64,000 bases of DNA from Klebsormidium nitens (lineage: Eukaryota; Plantae; Klebsormidiophyceae), in NCBI GenBank assembly GCA_000708835.1, contig DF237331.1:1-64000 (forward strand). Reading direction: 5' to 3'. The notes below the pieces were generated by a model. The model was not told the DNA's origin and ran no database searches. It was given only the letters and a program-made list of their open reading frames with translations. Every line of letters begins with the position of its first letter. Position 1 is the stretch's first letter. Positions 10,901-24,560 of the stretch are shown piece by piece. The translations under genes were made by a program, and so were the position numbers.

Positions 10901-13900
10901 GCTGCTAAGGGACTGCCTTGATACACTCCAGCGCCAGATACACGAGATCGAAGATCAAGAACAGAAATCCTGGATCCGCCTAAAGCTTCGATTGCAAAGG
11001 CCCTGTTGGCATCGCGGTCGTGAAATGGCGCCCAGGTTTTGCTAAATCTTGATAGTGAATGTTCACTGTGTTTCAGGGTGGAGACGTCGGGCTGGTGGAA
11101 AGAATTGGAATCACATGTTTTTTATTTTGAACTTGTAAGTAGGAAAACGGCAATTTTGACGAGAACACCGAACAGACACCACAAAACGACCCCGGACGAG
11201 GCGGCAGGCTCCGCCGAGGGGCGCGTTTGGAGTGCTCAAAGCCGAGAAGATGACTCTCAATTGTCGAGAGGAGGGCGTCATTGCAGTTATTGCCCTTCAT
11301 TGAATCGTTAGGGCAGTCGGTTCGGCGTACAGGCGGAAACGAGTGGAAGTGCCGAGCTGAGGTGTGCATCATATCGGATGCCGTTTGAAGCCTATATTGC
11401 TCTATATAGAGGTGGCTCAGAAAGGTCTAAAAGAATGCCTGGCTACTTTTCCGCAGTAAACCAGAGCGTGGCGTCCTCATAGCCATTTTGAGAAGACGTT
11501 GACGTTTCATCCCGATGATAAGACAGCCAATAAACCCGCAAAGCGTGCCAGGCGTAATTTGGTATTATATAGCAGAATCAGTAACCGGGCGTCATCTTAC
11601 TGATGAGTAGTTTGTACCAGGATAAGTCGTGGGCGAGGTTTCGACAAGTCATTTTCTCTCTGCATCCCGCTTCTTGAATCGAGAAGACTTTCAAGGACAG
11701 CAGAAGCATGTATCGACTTGGTCTGACCGTGGAAATAGCGTCGAAATCATCTTCTCAAAATACGAATCGGCAGCAGCCGGTCACTATACACGAAGAGACT
11801 TACAGACTTCAAGGCCGATGGGATCATACGGGCCTGTGGCTTCAAGCGAGCCCGGACGTACCAACTTCTTAGAAGGCGTTTCAATCGTGTATCCAATCCA
11901 GAGACGGATCACACGCCGGATTGATCCTTAGTTCGCGCTCCCTGTCTGCTACTCCTGCCGACCATGCGCTGGTTTGGTTGAAGATGACAGAACACCGTCA
12001 CATCATACCGCAAGAACAAGCAGCTTCGTTCGACACCAATTTCTAGGACTATTCTCTGCCAGAGCCTTTCCAGATTCTTCGAATGATCTGAAAGCCTCTT
12101 TAGCTGAGATCCCAAACAGAGGGTGCGGTTTACGGATGACTAATTGATGTATGGGAAAGAAGACGAAGAAACAAACCCCGATTGAAAGGCAATAAAGGGC
12201 TCTCGGAACCTTTCATATGAGGTTTATTTCAAATGGTACCTCCCTTTGAAGCATAAATCAGGCACCCGATCGTCTCTAAAAGTGTCGATACAGGTACGAA
12301 AGCGGGCGTTCATCATAAATCGCTAAATCGAAGACAGAAAAGCGGCAACTGTCAGCGCCAGCCCACGTTTCCTTGAACGTGGCTCCGGCCTGAGCATTCC
12401 TGCTTTGCATCAACTCATTTTTGGGATACTCCACAAGCGCACGTCTTTGTTCTAAGATCGCGTTCGTCTATGACATTCCGTGGGTGTCGCTGGACTTCCG
12501 GGTCAGATAAGATGGACGTCGAGCAATTTGTACTAAAGCCCCAAAAGCTCGTTGCTACGCATCCACTCATACGGTCAAGATGTCAAGCGAACGGACCGGC
12601 TTAACTACACTCCGGATAAGTTGAGCTGGGCAGCTGGCTCGGGAAAAACAGAGAACGATGGAGGCGGTGATATGTATCCCTCCCGACGCTTCTTCTCGAT
12701 CATTGCCTAATGTCAATCCAGCACTAACCAGCCACAAACTACGTTCCGAGCTTCAGAACGGAGCCTTAACGGGGCCGCGAGTCGAACCAAAAAGAAGGCA
12801 AATCGTACCTACCCAAGCGAGTCTTCGGTCCAAGGCAAATTCAAGACAGAAACCATAGCGAGCAATAGACGGAGCGAGCGGTGTGAAATACTGACGGAGA
12901 AAACTGGATCGGGCCCTCATACTAGAGCTAGACACGACCAGTGACGGCTTTGGTTCGACGCCACTTAAGATGCTTCCTTGCCCCCCTTACATGATGTTCG
13001 AGGCAAAGACCCACTGCGACAAGCTGCATGCCTGTCTGGCGTTGCCAATATTTCAATCAATCTTACATCACCGCTCCCACGTTGCATGTGCTTACCTGCC
13101 ATCAGTAAGACCCGGGCGGCTGACTCGCTTTGTTTTCGTCGTAAATATACAAGCATGTAAGCTTTAAGAGCGACGAAGTGGCTGAGCAAAGTCAAGCTTC
13201 CATCGGGCGCCGGTTGCGTCCAATGCTGCAGAACTCGCACAAAGGGCATCGACCGCTCCTTGAGAAGATTTGTAGCTACTCAAAGCAGCAAATGCAGTCT
13301 AAGTGGCGCTCTCTATAGCTTGACAAATCGATGGTGCATGCACGAGAAAGATTTCTGTCTGAAAGGAGTTGTTTGCCGTCAGCTGATGGGCGGATTCCAA
13401 ACTCACGAACAGATCTTGGACGGAGACCTTGCAGACCAAGCTCTATCCGGAACCACGCCCAACCGTTTCGTACTCAGGCTACAGAACAGAGGCGTCTGTA
13501 CACTCCAAAGGTACTGCGGCAAGACTGTCGTGAGATTTGGGACGGCCTTGAAACTTGGTACCACGAAGATTCAATCTTACGCCAAGCGGCTTGCAGAATG
13601 TTCTGAAATAGGCAATGGCGAAAAGGAGACTTTTTCTGATGGGAAACTCTTGACGAGTACTGGCTTCCGCTGAATAAAGACCCATGGGCGAGAAGCAATG
13701 CCAATGGCTCTAGAATCAAAGAGTATGCCATCCGATGATGCGGCTAGCTTGCCACCAACGTACGGAAATCATTGCCATCAAATTGTCAAAGTAAAGGCGA
13801 CTTACATAGTGCGTGCGACATTGAAAGACGAAACCAAACGCCTATTAAGGAAATAGTTTTGAGAAAGCGAACCAAAGCGCCTGGTCGTATCAGACAATAA

Positions 13901-16390
13901 AGAAAAGTAGTCAAGAGCATTACAACTGCCAAGACGGTCAGGACTCGTTATTAAGCGAGGCGCCAATCTCTCGTGACGATATCCCGCAATTCCCTAAATC
14001 GGACATCATGCTTCAAGGCTCTTCGCGACATTTTCCTAGATTTGCGCTTCAAAGAGGCACTTTCCGGTGGATGCATGGCAACAGCCGAATGGGCGAAGTT
14101 GAAAAATCACGTGTTTCAAAAAAGACCTATCCTGAGCAGCAAGGCTCGACGGATCAGCAAAGCCTTCCCTACTGATAGAAGCGACCCCATTTAGTCACTT
14201 CTGGAGCAAACGTTTGTTGCGAGCTCGAGTGACAAAAATAAATTTGATGAGCGTGACGCTCTTGGAGCCTTCCGTTTCGGCGCGCGATCTTGTACTGTGC
14301 AGATTACTTGGCATGGCCCAGCGTGGTTTCGCCGCAAACTACCAAGGTAAGCTCGGAATCGGAGGCACGACAACCGGTAAGCACAGGGCAAATCCGACAT
14401 TCAATCAACGCTTTTCATGCAATCATCTGAATAGCAACTGCGTCAAATAGGAAGCGACGCCATATTTTCGTAAGGCCTGACGACGAACCTTGGTGCAGAG
14501 TCGACATGCACCTTTGATGCCTATGAGCTAGATGTTCAAATCGAGCAATTAATTGACGCTGGCTCAAGAAGTCGAGCACAACCGTGACGCGTCTGGCGCC
14601 TCCGGGCCGGCTTTATTGTCTCAGTGCTGTGTCTCCATCTTTGCCAACGCAGTGCTGCGGTGAACTGCGGCCGTTACGGAATCTGGCCCAGAAGCAATTG
14701 GATATCCGGGATTTTGCCTATAGTACGTGCGGCGGCTTTCTAAAATCAAGGGTAGTATGGGAAACGAGAACTACGTACGGATGCGTTTCAGACGAGCGCC
14801 AGTCAAAAAAAGCTCTTGTGAAACTCGACAAGATGCATCCGTTCAAAGGGCTCTTACCAGCTTCCAGCCGAAACGATATCTCTGATATCAAGCTTCCACA
14901 TAGACAGAAATTAAGGCTAATGGAAAATGGTACGAAATTGTCTCTGATCGATCAGACAGGGGACTCCCACGTACCGATCGAACTACTAGAGTTGGCTCAT
15001 GGCTTCCGACGGTTCCGCCTGCGCTGTGATGCAGTCCACGTGCACGACACCAGTTTTGCGTCATCTTAGCCACGAACTTGACGAAAAAGGTCTCGCAAGA
15101 CCTCCGTTCAAATGCTCGATTTGGGCCGCGATTGGGAGCTTGTTGACCATGAAAACGCATCTAGTGCGTTTTTGAGTCAAGTCATACCCCCCAGTTGTAG
15201 ACGCAATTGAAGAGCTGATAGCTAAAAAGCTTTTGCCGCAAAGTTGTCGCCTACTGGATCTTGCTAGTTGCTGTGCTGGCGCTGGTGAATACTAGCTCGG
15301 TAATCGTAGAGATAACGAGGACGACTCGGAAAGCGAGGTACTCGTTTGAGTCTCAAACTCTCCGCGAGCGGATTGAGAGTATGTCTGGTAAAGGCATCCG
15401 TTACATACATCTAGACGGTCTTTCGCGAACGTACAGGTTAGAGCAGCGGCTTGCTCTGAAAGAAGGGAAACCCAATCCCAAATAGCATGACGCGTACAAC
15501 GGCGCCATCTGGATGGCATCTTTGCCAGTCAACTGAACGAAATCTGCTCCTGAAAGTCGGTTACCGACCAGGTCGACGAGGTTTAGGCTGTAAGGCATTC
15601 AAGCTCTTCCCGTCAAGGCACGAAATCTGTCCACTATAATACGAAGCAACCTGAGCGACTTCCTCAAAGAAAAAGCAGAAAGGGCAGGAATCACCAAGAA
15701 AGCGACCTCAAGAATTCGAAGCTAGCGATAAGGGAAAAAGCTTCAAAGAAGCCCACGAAACCGCAAATTGTGGCTCGGTTGACAGAGCGTTGGTGCAATT
15801 AATTCGCGCGCGGCACCAGACCAACGTTCTCCTGGTCTCGAAGTATAGACAAAGAGTCCAGATCAAGCCAGAATTTTTCTCGAGAGTCCTTACGAGGCCC
15901 AACTCTAGTCTGATTACAAGCGCGAATCAAGCGCGGTTCAGTTGAGAGGCCATGTCATGGGGCACAGCTTGCACTCGTGCTTCCAATGAGTCGCTCGTTT
16001 GATGCGAGCCCGCTTTCACGGCCCTCCTTCCGTTGAGCTCCATCAGCAAATGTGATGGAAATGGGCCCATTCTCTGGAAGTTGATGGTAATTTAACGAGA
16101 CGTACATTGATACCTTCGAAAACCTACCAAATCAAGGTGTCTGATGTACTCCAATCTCCCAAATTTGACAGACGCAAAAGGCAGCGCCGTTCGTGTGTCT
16201 CCTCACCTTACACAGGTGTTAATGGTGACGTCGTTCAAACAAGAGAGCCCAAAAAGCCCCCTAGTCCCATGGCTCGGAAATCTCCTTTCAACTGTTGCCG
16301 CTGTATACACAGTGGCACCAGCTTAGCTTCCTCTTGGCCTCAAAGTACCTTCAAACGGCTTCCCTGTGGAATCACTCTTAATTTCGAACA

Positions 16391-16466
16391 CAACTCGCTG
16401 TCCGCTTCCGGCTCCCTGTACCTTGAAACAACTCGCTGTCCGCTTCCGGCGCCCTGTACCTTGAAA
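16391..16466. repeat. 38-bp tandem duplication
   Basis: caactcgctgtccgcttccggctccctgtaccttgaaa x2, one mismatch. Confidence 0.9.
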
Positions 16467-19400
16467 CCAACAAGCTAAGATTTGAGCGAGAATGTGGGCG
16501 GACCCTGCAAGTCGGAGCAGTTGCTTGAGACCTTATCACCCGATACTTCGATTGCCCACTGGGGGGGTTATAGCTGCTGGATGCACTGTAACCTGTGGGA
16601 CAAACAACCAATCTACAGCGCTGGTTCAAGCTTCTTTCACGGCACGTTTATGGGTCACACACAGGATGTGTGAAGATTCAGAAACGGGCGTAAAATTGCA
16701 ACTGCAACGTCCTGGTTGCACGTGGGAATTCCTATGAGCCAAGGCACATTGAGTGAAGGGTCGGAGGGGCCCGGCCATTAGCTCCACTGCCCAGAGACGC
16801 ATGAGCATGCGCCCATACAGCCGTACACATTTCAGTGAGGTTAATGGGAATTGTTCTGGAAGCTAGTCTTCCAAGTCGAAGTGGGTTTGCACTGAATCAT
16901 GCAGCTTAGCGCAGCGTGCCGCAATGTTTCTAGCGGGCGAGCCTTGGAAGTGGATGAATCTGAAAGCCGATTCCCAAAAAAACGACTCCTTCTGTCAGCA
17001 TCAGTGGCTCTTTAAAACCAGCAGTGGTCTGTGAGGGCAGCGCCGTTAAGCCACCTAGCCACTTCAGACGTTTTGATTACTGGATACTTCTCACAGTTAA
17101 CTGGTAAGAGCCATGTGGTAAGTGAAAAGGCTGATAACAGCGCCACGTCGAGCTGATCAGCAATGCAACGCCAGTGAAGTACAGGAGCCGATTATAGTAA
17201 GTTGTTTGGTACGCACGTGCTGGCCGTAAGCAATCATATGTGTCGAAAAGCCTTGCCGTCAGCGAGCTTGAGCAATGAACAGGAAAGAGCGAGAGAATCC
17301 GGCTTCGAACAAACGGGCGGCTCACTGAGCTCATGAATAGATTGGGTTTTGCCCCCAAAGCGTTGTACGCTCCTTGCCGCAGGTTGAATGTAAAGTCTTG
17401 AGAAGGGAGAAGCGTTTTGCCCGGAACAAGTTGAAGGCGACGAGTTGTGCTTCTTTCTTCACGGTCCTTATCAGCGGCTTCGTATAGCTTCAGGCAGAAG
17501 TGCTGGCAGTCTTCATGCAAAAGTCCAGATGACCTCCAGAACAATCCTTATTTGACCAGGGCGGCTCGACGACTCGAAGCGGGACAAACACAGGTTGCAA
17601 CTAACAGAGTGCCACGCTCGCGTATGATGCGGGCCTGCTGATGAGCGTTTTTGCCCTGCAATTCTTACGAGAATCTTGAGCAGATCACTGGGCGGATTTT
17701 ACTGTAAGGTCGAATCAAGTGGGCAGTTCACTCATATAATTCAGCAAGCTTATCGATCGAGCGGTCGAGCGGCCGCTCGACCGTTCATACGTTGCCTGCA
17801 ATCTGGAAGCCAAGAATGGATTTTGGACGTATGGCGTCAAGGGATACTCTGCAATTCAAGGGGCTATGGCGCCAGCGCCAACTTTCAGAACATCCGTCCT
17901 TGCCACTGTTGCAGACGTCAACGCAACGCTTTTGCCTAAAGGGAAGGGCAATTCCGAATGAAGAAGGATGGAACTGGCGGGTACGAAATCCTCACTGCAA
18001 CAAAGCTAACGGTCCTAGTGCTTCCACTTGCTCAGCACTTCATGGAATATATCAGGGGCCATTCAATCGTATTGCAATGCCCAAAACGACGGCGCGGAGC
18101 TGTTGAAAGCTTACATGCATGCCGCAGCTTGGCAAGAAGCTGCTCTCTGGTGCCCACAACGTGCTGCCCCGGTTTGCAAGTTGAAAAGTAGCGAAAAGGG
18201 AAACACGAGCACCGATGAGTTTGTCCAATCCCTTCACAGCCCACTAAGAACGTAACCAAAATTGATGGCACACTCAGAAACGGTCTGGATCCAAACGGAT
18301 GTTTGTGCAGTGCCTCTTTGCCAAACCGCCAGCACTCCTGCTGGGAATCTCTAAGAAGCGCAACGGTCCGCGGCCATGCTACTTACGAAGTCGTATTTCT
18401 GACCACCTCTACCCGGGTAGAGGTCACCGGTTGCCTATGCTCGGGGAGACCTCGAGTTGAGATCAGGGTGGAAAGGGTTAAGACGGCGCCAGAACCACCG
18501 TTGGCTCGTACCAACCGCGTCAACCAGTGGCGCGTCTGAGACAAACACCGAAATACGGGAAACTTCATTGCCAACCATCCGGCTAGCGTAAGCATGAATC
18601 CAAATGCAGATTGTAAGAATCTGAGAATCCAGACACTATGTTTGATCGTTCAATGCCTTCCGGATACGTTTAATGGCTGAGAACCAGATTGAGAAAGTAT
18701 AGCACCAGAGTTGACATGGGAGTGACAGGTTATCATACCGCAGTCTCCTCGAGAGAAGCACTGAGGGATTCTCGTCTGTCTGCTTTGTAAGTCACTAGTT
18801 TTGACACGTCAGAGCAGCAGCTGGCTCGGAAAGAAAATGGAGAGCCAGTTCTGGATGACGACGCGTCTAGGTACTTCTACAATGGCGCCATCTGAACGGA
18901 TGTCATCTTTGCCAGTCGACTGGACGAGATCAATCATGAAAGTCGAGTTTTCGACCACGGGTCGACTGAAGTATGAAGTACGTGTCGCTTCCGATTCCTC
19001 GTGTTTGACCCATGATTAGTTTCTGTTGAGGGACGGAGCGACTTGAGCAACCTCCTTAAGCAAACAAGCCGAAAAGGCAGCCCCAACCACTCAATCGATC
19101 AGGAAGGGATTCAGTGTACGTGTCACAAGGACAGGAAATTAACACCATTACCGAGAACCGACCTCAACAGCGATGGGAAGGGGGAAAGGTTGTCAAAGAA
19201 GCCCACGAGACGGCGGACTGTGGCTCGGAGCTAGCAGCTAGCGGATGCCTGGTGCACCTGCAGCCCGCGGCACCAGATCGACGTCCTCTTTGCCTCGAAC
19301 TAAAATCTTGAACGGTCTCGAATCTGTACCGAAGTCCTTCGGGAGGGTTGTTAAGATGTCCGTATCAACCACGTATCAACATTTGCTGAACATAAACGCG

Positions 19401-21300
19401 GTTCACTTAAGAAGCCAGATCGTGGGCCGCGGGCACAGCTTGCAGTGATGCTTCAAGTCGCTCGTTTGATGCCAGCCCGCTTTCGCGGTTTTCTTTGGCC
19501 GGTAGTCCATCAGCAAAAATGATGGAAATGGGCCCATCTATTGAAAATTGAATTAAGCAAGTTAAAGAGATCTACATCGAAACTCCAATCGGTTACCAAG
19601 CGAATTAATGTGTATTTCAATCTCTCAGACCTTATAGAGGAAAAAGGCAGCGCCGTGTGTCTCCTCACTTCCAATGCTTAAGACTGGAAAGACTTTCGAA
19701 AACGTCGTTCAACCAAGAGCCTGAGCCCAAACCGATCCCCTGATGCAAACCACGGCGCAACAGATCAGCGATTTCTTGGCCTTACAAAATATCTGAACAG
19801 TTTCATGGAACCACTTTCGGATTTCTGGTTTGCCACGCTGCCCGCTTCCAGCTCTCGTAAAATCCTTTACACCCATAAACGGAGGTATCAGCACGTCCTC
19901 AGGGCGGAACCCGCAAATCGAAGTTGAAGTGCTTGAGATCGACACAAATATTTCGGTTGAGACGGTTTGTCCAACTGGCGGGGTTGAAGTTGTTGGATGC
20001 ACTGTCACCTGGGGGACGAGCAAAAATCTACAGTACTCTTTCAAGCTTCTTTGACGGCGCGTTGACGGACACAAAGCTTTCGTACAAAATCGACGAAAAA
20101 CTGCATCCACAACGTCCTAGTTACACGTGGGCAATCTTCTATGAGCCAAGGCAAAAGGGCCCGCCCAGAGATGCATGAGCATGCCAAGCAGTCGTACAGG
20201 ATTATTGAAACTTTTCTGGAAGCTCGTTATATATGTGACCCGAAGTGGGTATCATGTATTGAAGCCGCTTAGAGCAGCGTGCCGCCGGATCTTTAGCGGG
20301 CGAGCTTTCGAAGTGGATGAATCTAAAAGCCGATCCTCAAATGACAGGATTTCTTTCTAAGTGTCCAGTTGCGCAGCATCAGTGTCGTCCTGCGAATGAC
20401 AAGCATTGGTCTGTGAGGGCAGCGCCGTTGAGCCTTCTTAGCCACGTCAGAACTTAATATCACCGGAATATGCTTTTCAAACGTGGAAGGTCTCAATGTG
20501 AAAGAACAAGTTGGTAAAGTTAGGAGGCTGGTAACAGCGCCACGTCCTTGTAGCAATTCAATCGAGGTCGGAGTGAAGGATTCAGCAGACCCCAGTCAAT
20601 CCGGTTTTTAATCTCTGGTGACGCACGTGCTGGCCGCATTGGCAAGCAATATATGTCGAAAAGCCTCACCGTTAGCGAGCTTGAGGGATAGACAAGAAAG
20701 AGCGAGTAGATCCTCTTTCAAACGAACGAGCGCCCGCACATGCGGTTCACTGAAGTCATGACCACAATTGGTTCTGCCCCTAGGCTATGTACGCTCCTAA
20801 CCACACGGTGAATTTGAAGTCTCGAAAAGGGAGACGCATCGCGTTTTGGCCGGAAGAACTGTAAAAACGACGATCTGGGCTGCTTCCTCTAGATACAGGC
20901 AGAAAGGCCGGCAATTTACGTGCACAGGTCCGGATGACATTCAAACAATTAATTAAATTGTATCGGGGCGGCTTACAGAAAGTGAGTGTTAAACAATTGA
21001 AAACGTAATAACCAAGGTGGCAAGTAAGAGGGCGCCACGCGCCCGGCTTATACGATGCGAGCCTTATGATGGCGTATTTGCCTGCAGATTTTGCAAGTTT
21101 TGAGCACATTGTTGGGCGATCCTACTGTAAGGTCGGATCGAGTGGGCAGTGAAGTCAGACAGCTCAGACGAATCAGTGAAAGTGTCGAGCGAACGGGCAA
21201 ACTTTCATCTATTGCTTGCAATCTAAAAACTGTAAACCAGTACGTCCTGGGCATGTTTTACCAAGATTTATGGAATCCGGACGTATGGCTTCAAGGGATA

Positions 21301-21741
21301 TCCGAGGAGCTGTGCGTGGTCTCAAAAGAGATTTGCAGTCACTGCGAGAACGCCGACATTTGCTCGAGTGGGGTGGGGGCCCGGCGGCTGGCGAAAGTGC
21401 CCGGCGGCTGAGGGGCCCAGGGGTCTGGCGGCCGGCGGCTGTGCTCGGGGAAAACAGGCCCGGGGTTCCAAACCAATAAAAGTTGCAGGATTCTAAGATA
21501 TGCCGGCGGTTTTCGCAGCCGCTACGCACTTATGAAACATAGGAAATAGTTCTTTTTGCATTTCCGGCCGTATATTGCCCAAAAAAATCCGTATAGCCTC
21601 GGTTTTTGGAATTTTGTTCCCATTTTTGCGGGGGGGGCAGCCCGGCGGCTGGCCCCAAATTTGGCTCAAAATTCAGGGGGGTCGGGGCCCGGCGGCTGGC
21701 AGTGGCTGTAAATGTGTTTTGAGACCACGCCAGGTCCTGGT
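21301..21741. mobile_element. ~440-bp MITE with TA TSD (Tc1/mariner-type by TSD)
   Basis: Core TIR gtggtctcaaaagagatttgcagtcactgc (21316-21345) vs reverse complement of 21699-21728 gtggtctcaaaacacatttacagccactgc (4/30 mismatches), extendable with gaps to the TA dinucleotides at 21299-21300 and 21742-21743. Absent from the paralogous site at ~17845. Five internal [c/g]ccggcggctg motifs. Confidence 0.75.
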
Positions 21742-22739
21742 TACTGTTACTGTGGTGGCGCCAGCGCCACCGTTTTGAAATCATCTGTCCTTGCCATACT
21801 TTACAGATTTCATCAATTGAAATAAGGGCAGTCTCCAACGAAACAGGCTGAAACTAATCGACGGCTTCGAGCTGGTCCTCATGACCGACGAACGAAGGTT
21901 CTAATGCTTGACGATTATCAGTGCTTGCCCATCAAGTGCCAGCGAACAGGAACCTATTGTCGCAGTGCCCAGAAACGACGGCGCTGCTGAGAGGGCTTAC
22001 CATGTCCGTGCCTCTTGGTAAGACTCTGGTCTGCCCACATTGTGTTGCTTGATTTCCGCCTTGAGACATAATGAAAAGGAACTGATAAGGATTGCTGAGT
22101 TTGTCGAAGTGATCCCAGCCCACCAACTCAGCAAGCTATCGATATTGGCGCACATTAAAACCCCTTCATGACGGATCGGATGTCCATGCCGTGTCTCCTA
22201 TCCACTACACTGCTAGCGCTCGTGCCGCCGCAGGGGATCCCGAAAAGCTCACCGGTCCGCTTACAGATTGAGTCTAATTTATACTTCACTATTTCTAGTG
22301 CCCCGGTTAGATTCTACCGGTCGCTTATGATCCGAAAGGCTTCGTTGAGAGGATAGTGAAACGGAGGGACAGCGCCATTCAGATCACCGTTGGCTCGTAC
22401 ACCGGATTGTCAAGATCTCAAGGCCAATTGGCGCGTTTGAGACAACACCAAAGTTGGGGAACTTCATTGCCAACCAGCCAGCTATTGTGTGCATCCAAAT
22501 GCAGATTGCAAGGTTCCAAACATTATCTGGTCATTGCATGCTTTACTGGACACCTTCAGAGGCTGAGGATCAACGCGAGAAAGTAAACCAGTCCCAGGCA
22601 GCTCCTCGAAGCACGAGACCTTTGAACCCTGCGGCCAGGCAGACCATCTGGGCCCAAGAGGGTGCAACTGATAAAAACAAGAAGTCGTAATCCGGCCTCT
22701 TCTCAAGAGTTCGTGCAGGCGTCGCACGTACGTAGTAGC

Positions 22740-24560
22740 TACGCTAGAATATCATGTTGCATGGTTCGAAAGCGGGTCGGCTTCAGTACGTGTGGTGACA
22801 GGCCGGTTTGAGTCCTAACGTCCGGCGACTTTTACGGAGCCTGCACCTGAGAGTCAGTTAGAACCGTCTGCAACCAGATTCAATAAGAAGGATCAACGTA
22901 TGCATTGTGGCATAGATATTGACAAATATCGAGGTTAATCAGATTGTCTGCGTCACGCGTTTCTCAGCCGCACGGCTTGCACCAGACCAAAGACGACGGA
23001 ATCTTACTGGTTGATTCTCATCCTTTCAATCGTGAACCCGACGTACTTAGCGGATTCACTCGCCATTCAACTGGAAGCGGTATGAAGAGAAGCAATCTAA
23101 AGACCACATCTGGCTCAGGGACTTACAGAGATCGCGGTGATCGCACTTTGACGCTTGTGGGCGCCACTCCTAAACGCACTCCTTGCCAATTGCCGGGTTG
23201 ACAGGCCCCAGATATGAGCGATGCCTTGCCTGCTTTGGAGGTCCTCGTGTCAAGCATGAAAACTTGCGTGAGGATTCACTAAGGAGCGACTCGATTTTCC
23301 CCATGATTGGAAGGGGCCTCGAAACAGGTGCAGAGGGAACACTGAGACAATGACGTCTGGGAGCGACAGAACGAGAGCGGGCCAAGACGAGAAACGCAGA
23401 CGCTGAGTCGCGGCTCAGGCAAGCCCTCCAATAACGCCGTTGACAGGGCCCGTCATGGCACCAGAGCAGCGTCCTCCTGGCCTCAAATCAGTCTAGAGGT
23501 TGCTTACAAGCAATCCTCACACTATTCCCCACAACCATCCTGAGTTGAAGCTTAAGGTAATTGGGTGCGGCGTAATTAGCTGGGACGTGAAAGTTGAGCC
23601 GGCCGCTTCTGCCGCTCGTTTTACCCTCGATTCACGGTTGAAAATGTAAGCAGACAAGTGGGCGGACTCCTTACTGCATGAAGCAAGTGACGGAGACCTA
23701 AACCGGTACTTGGAACTTCCGAGCAGTGGGCTCCGTACGTTCCGCACACGCTGTCAGCAAGAAGAGTCGACAATTTATACTGCGCTTATAGGCGAAAACC
23801 GTTTTGGTTCGAAAGCGGGTCGCCTTTGGGGTGACAGGAGCGAGTCTCAACCGGCGACTCTTAAAGAGCCTGCACCTAAAGACACTTCATGACCGTTTGA
23901 AACCAGATTCACTTGAAAGGGAGCCACGTGTTTACTGTTGCCTGAGTGCTGACACAATACGAAGTTAAACAACTTTGCTGCGTTGCGCCTTTCTCAGCCG
24001 CACGGCATCAGACCAAAGACGACACGAACTTACTTGGTGATTTACTTTCTTTCAATCAGAATACCAACGTGACTAACATAGATTTCTGATGAACCGACTC
24101 ATTCGCCAGCAAAGGGAAACGGTATAAAGAGAATGTAGATGAAGGCTGCAGCTGGCTCACGAAGGAGGCGCGAATACCGGCTCTCCGTACTGACGCTTGT
24201 ACGTTACAAGGCGCCAGTCCTAAACGCCATCCTTGCCAATCGCCGAGTGGAGATAACATCATTTTAATGGACTCTTAACGCGGTTTGCTGGATATCGAAG
24301 TCGGAGGTCCTCGTGTCAAGCATGAAACGTTTGCGTGAAAATCTACTACATGGCGACCCGGGCTGAAGCCTTGAACGGGTGAAGGCTGGAAATAACACCG
24401 ACTCACTGCTGTCCTGGGAGCGACAGAGGTTTTAGAGGGCGACAACTTATAAACGAGGAACGCAGACAATAAGTTGCGGGTCAGACGGGCCACTTGCCGA
24501 TGACGATATGCACCATATCAGCGTCCTCCTGGCCTCAAAATTTGACAGATAGATTGCATA
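22740..24560 (+). repeat. Direct tandem duplication, ~1.05-kb period (third copy ~41890-42670)
   Basis: ggttcgaaagcgggtc 22763/23806; tttctcagccgcacggc ~22960/~23990; ggaggtcctcgtgtcaagcatgaaa 23237/24303; same anchor order at ~41900, ~42085, 42301, ~42400, 42638. Confidence 0.8.

Larger units (their letters stand above)
15490..22530 (+). repeat. Old direct tandem duplication, ~3.4-kb period (~15.5-18.6 kb vs ~18.9-22.5 kb)
   Basis: Collinear anchors: gggcacagcttgca 15960/19431; gtctgtgagggcagcgccgtt 17027/20409; acttcattgccaacca 18562/22461 (offset rises by ~440 after the MITE in copy 2); many further matching blocks between them. Confidence 0.85.
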
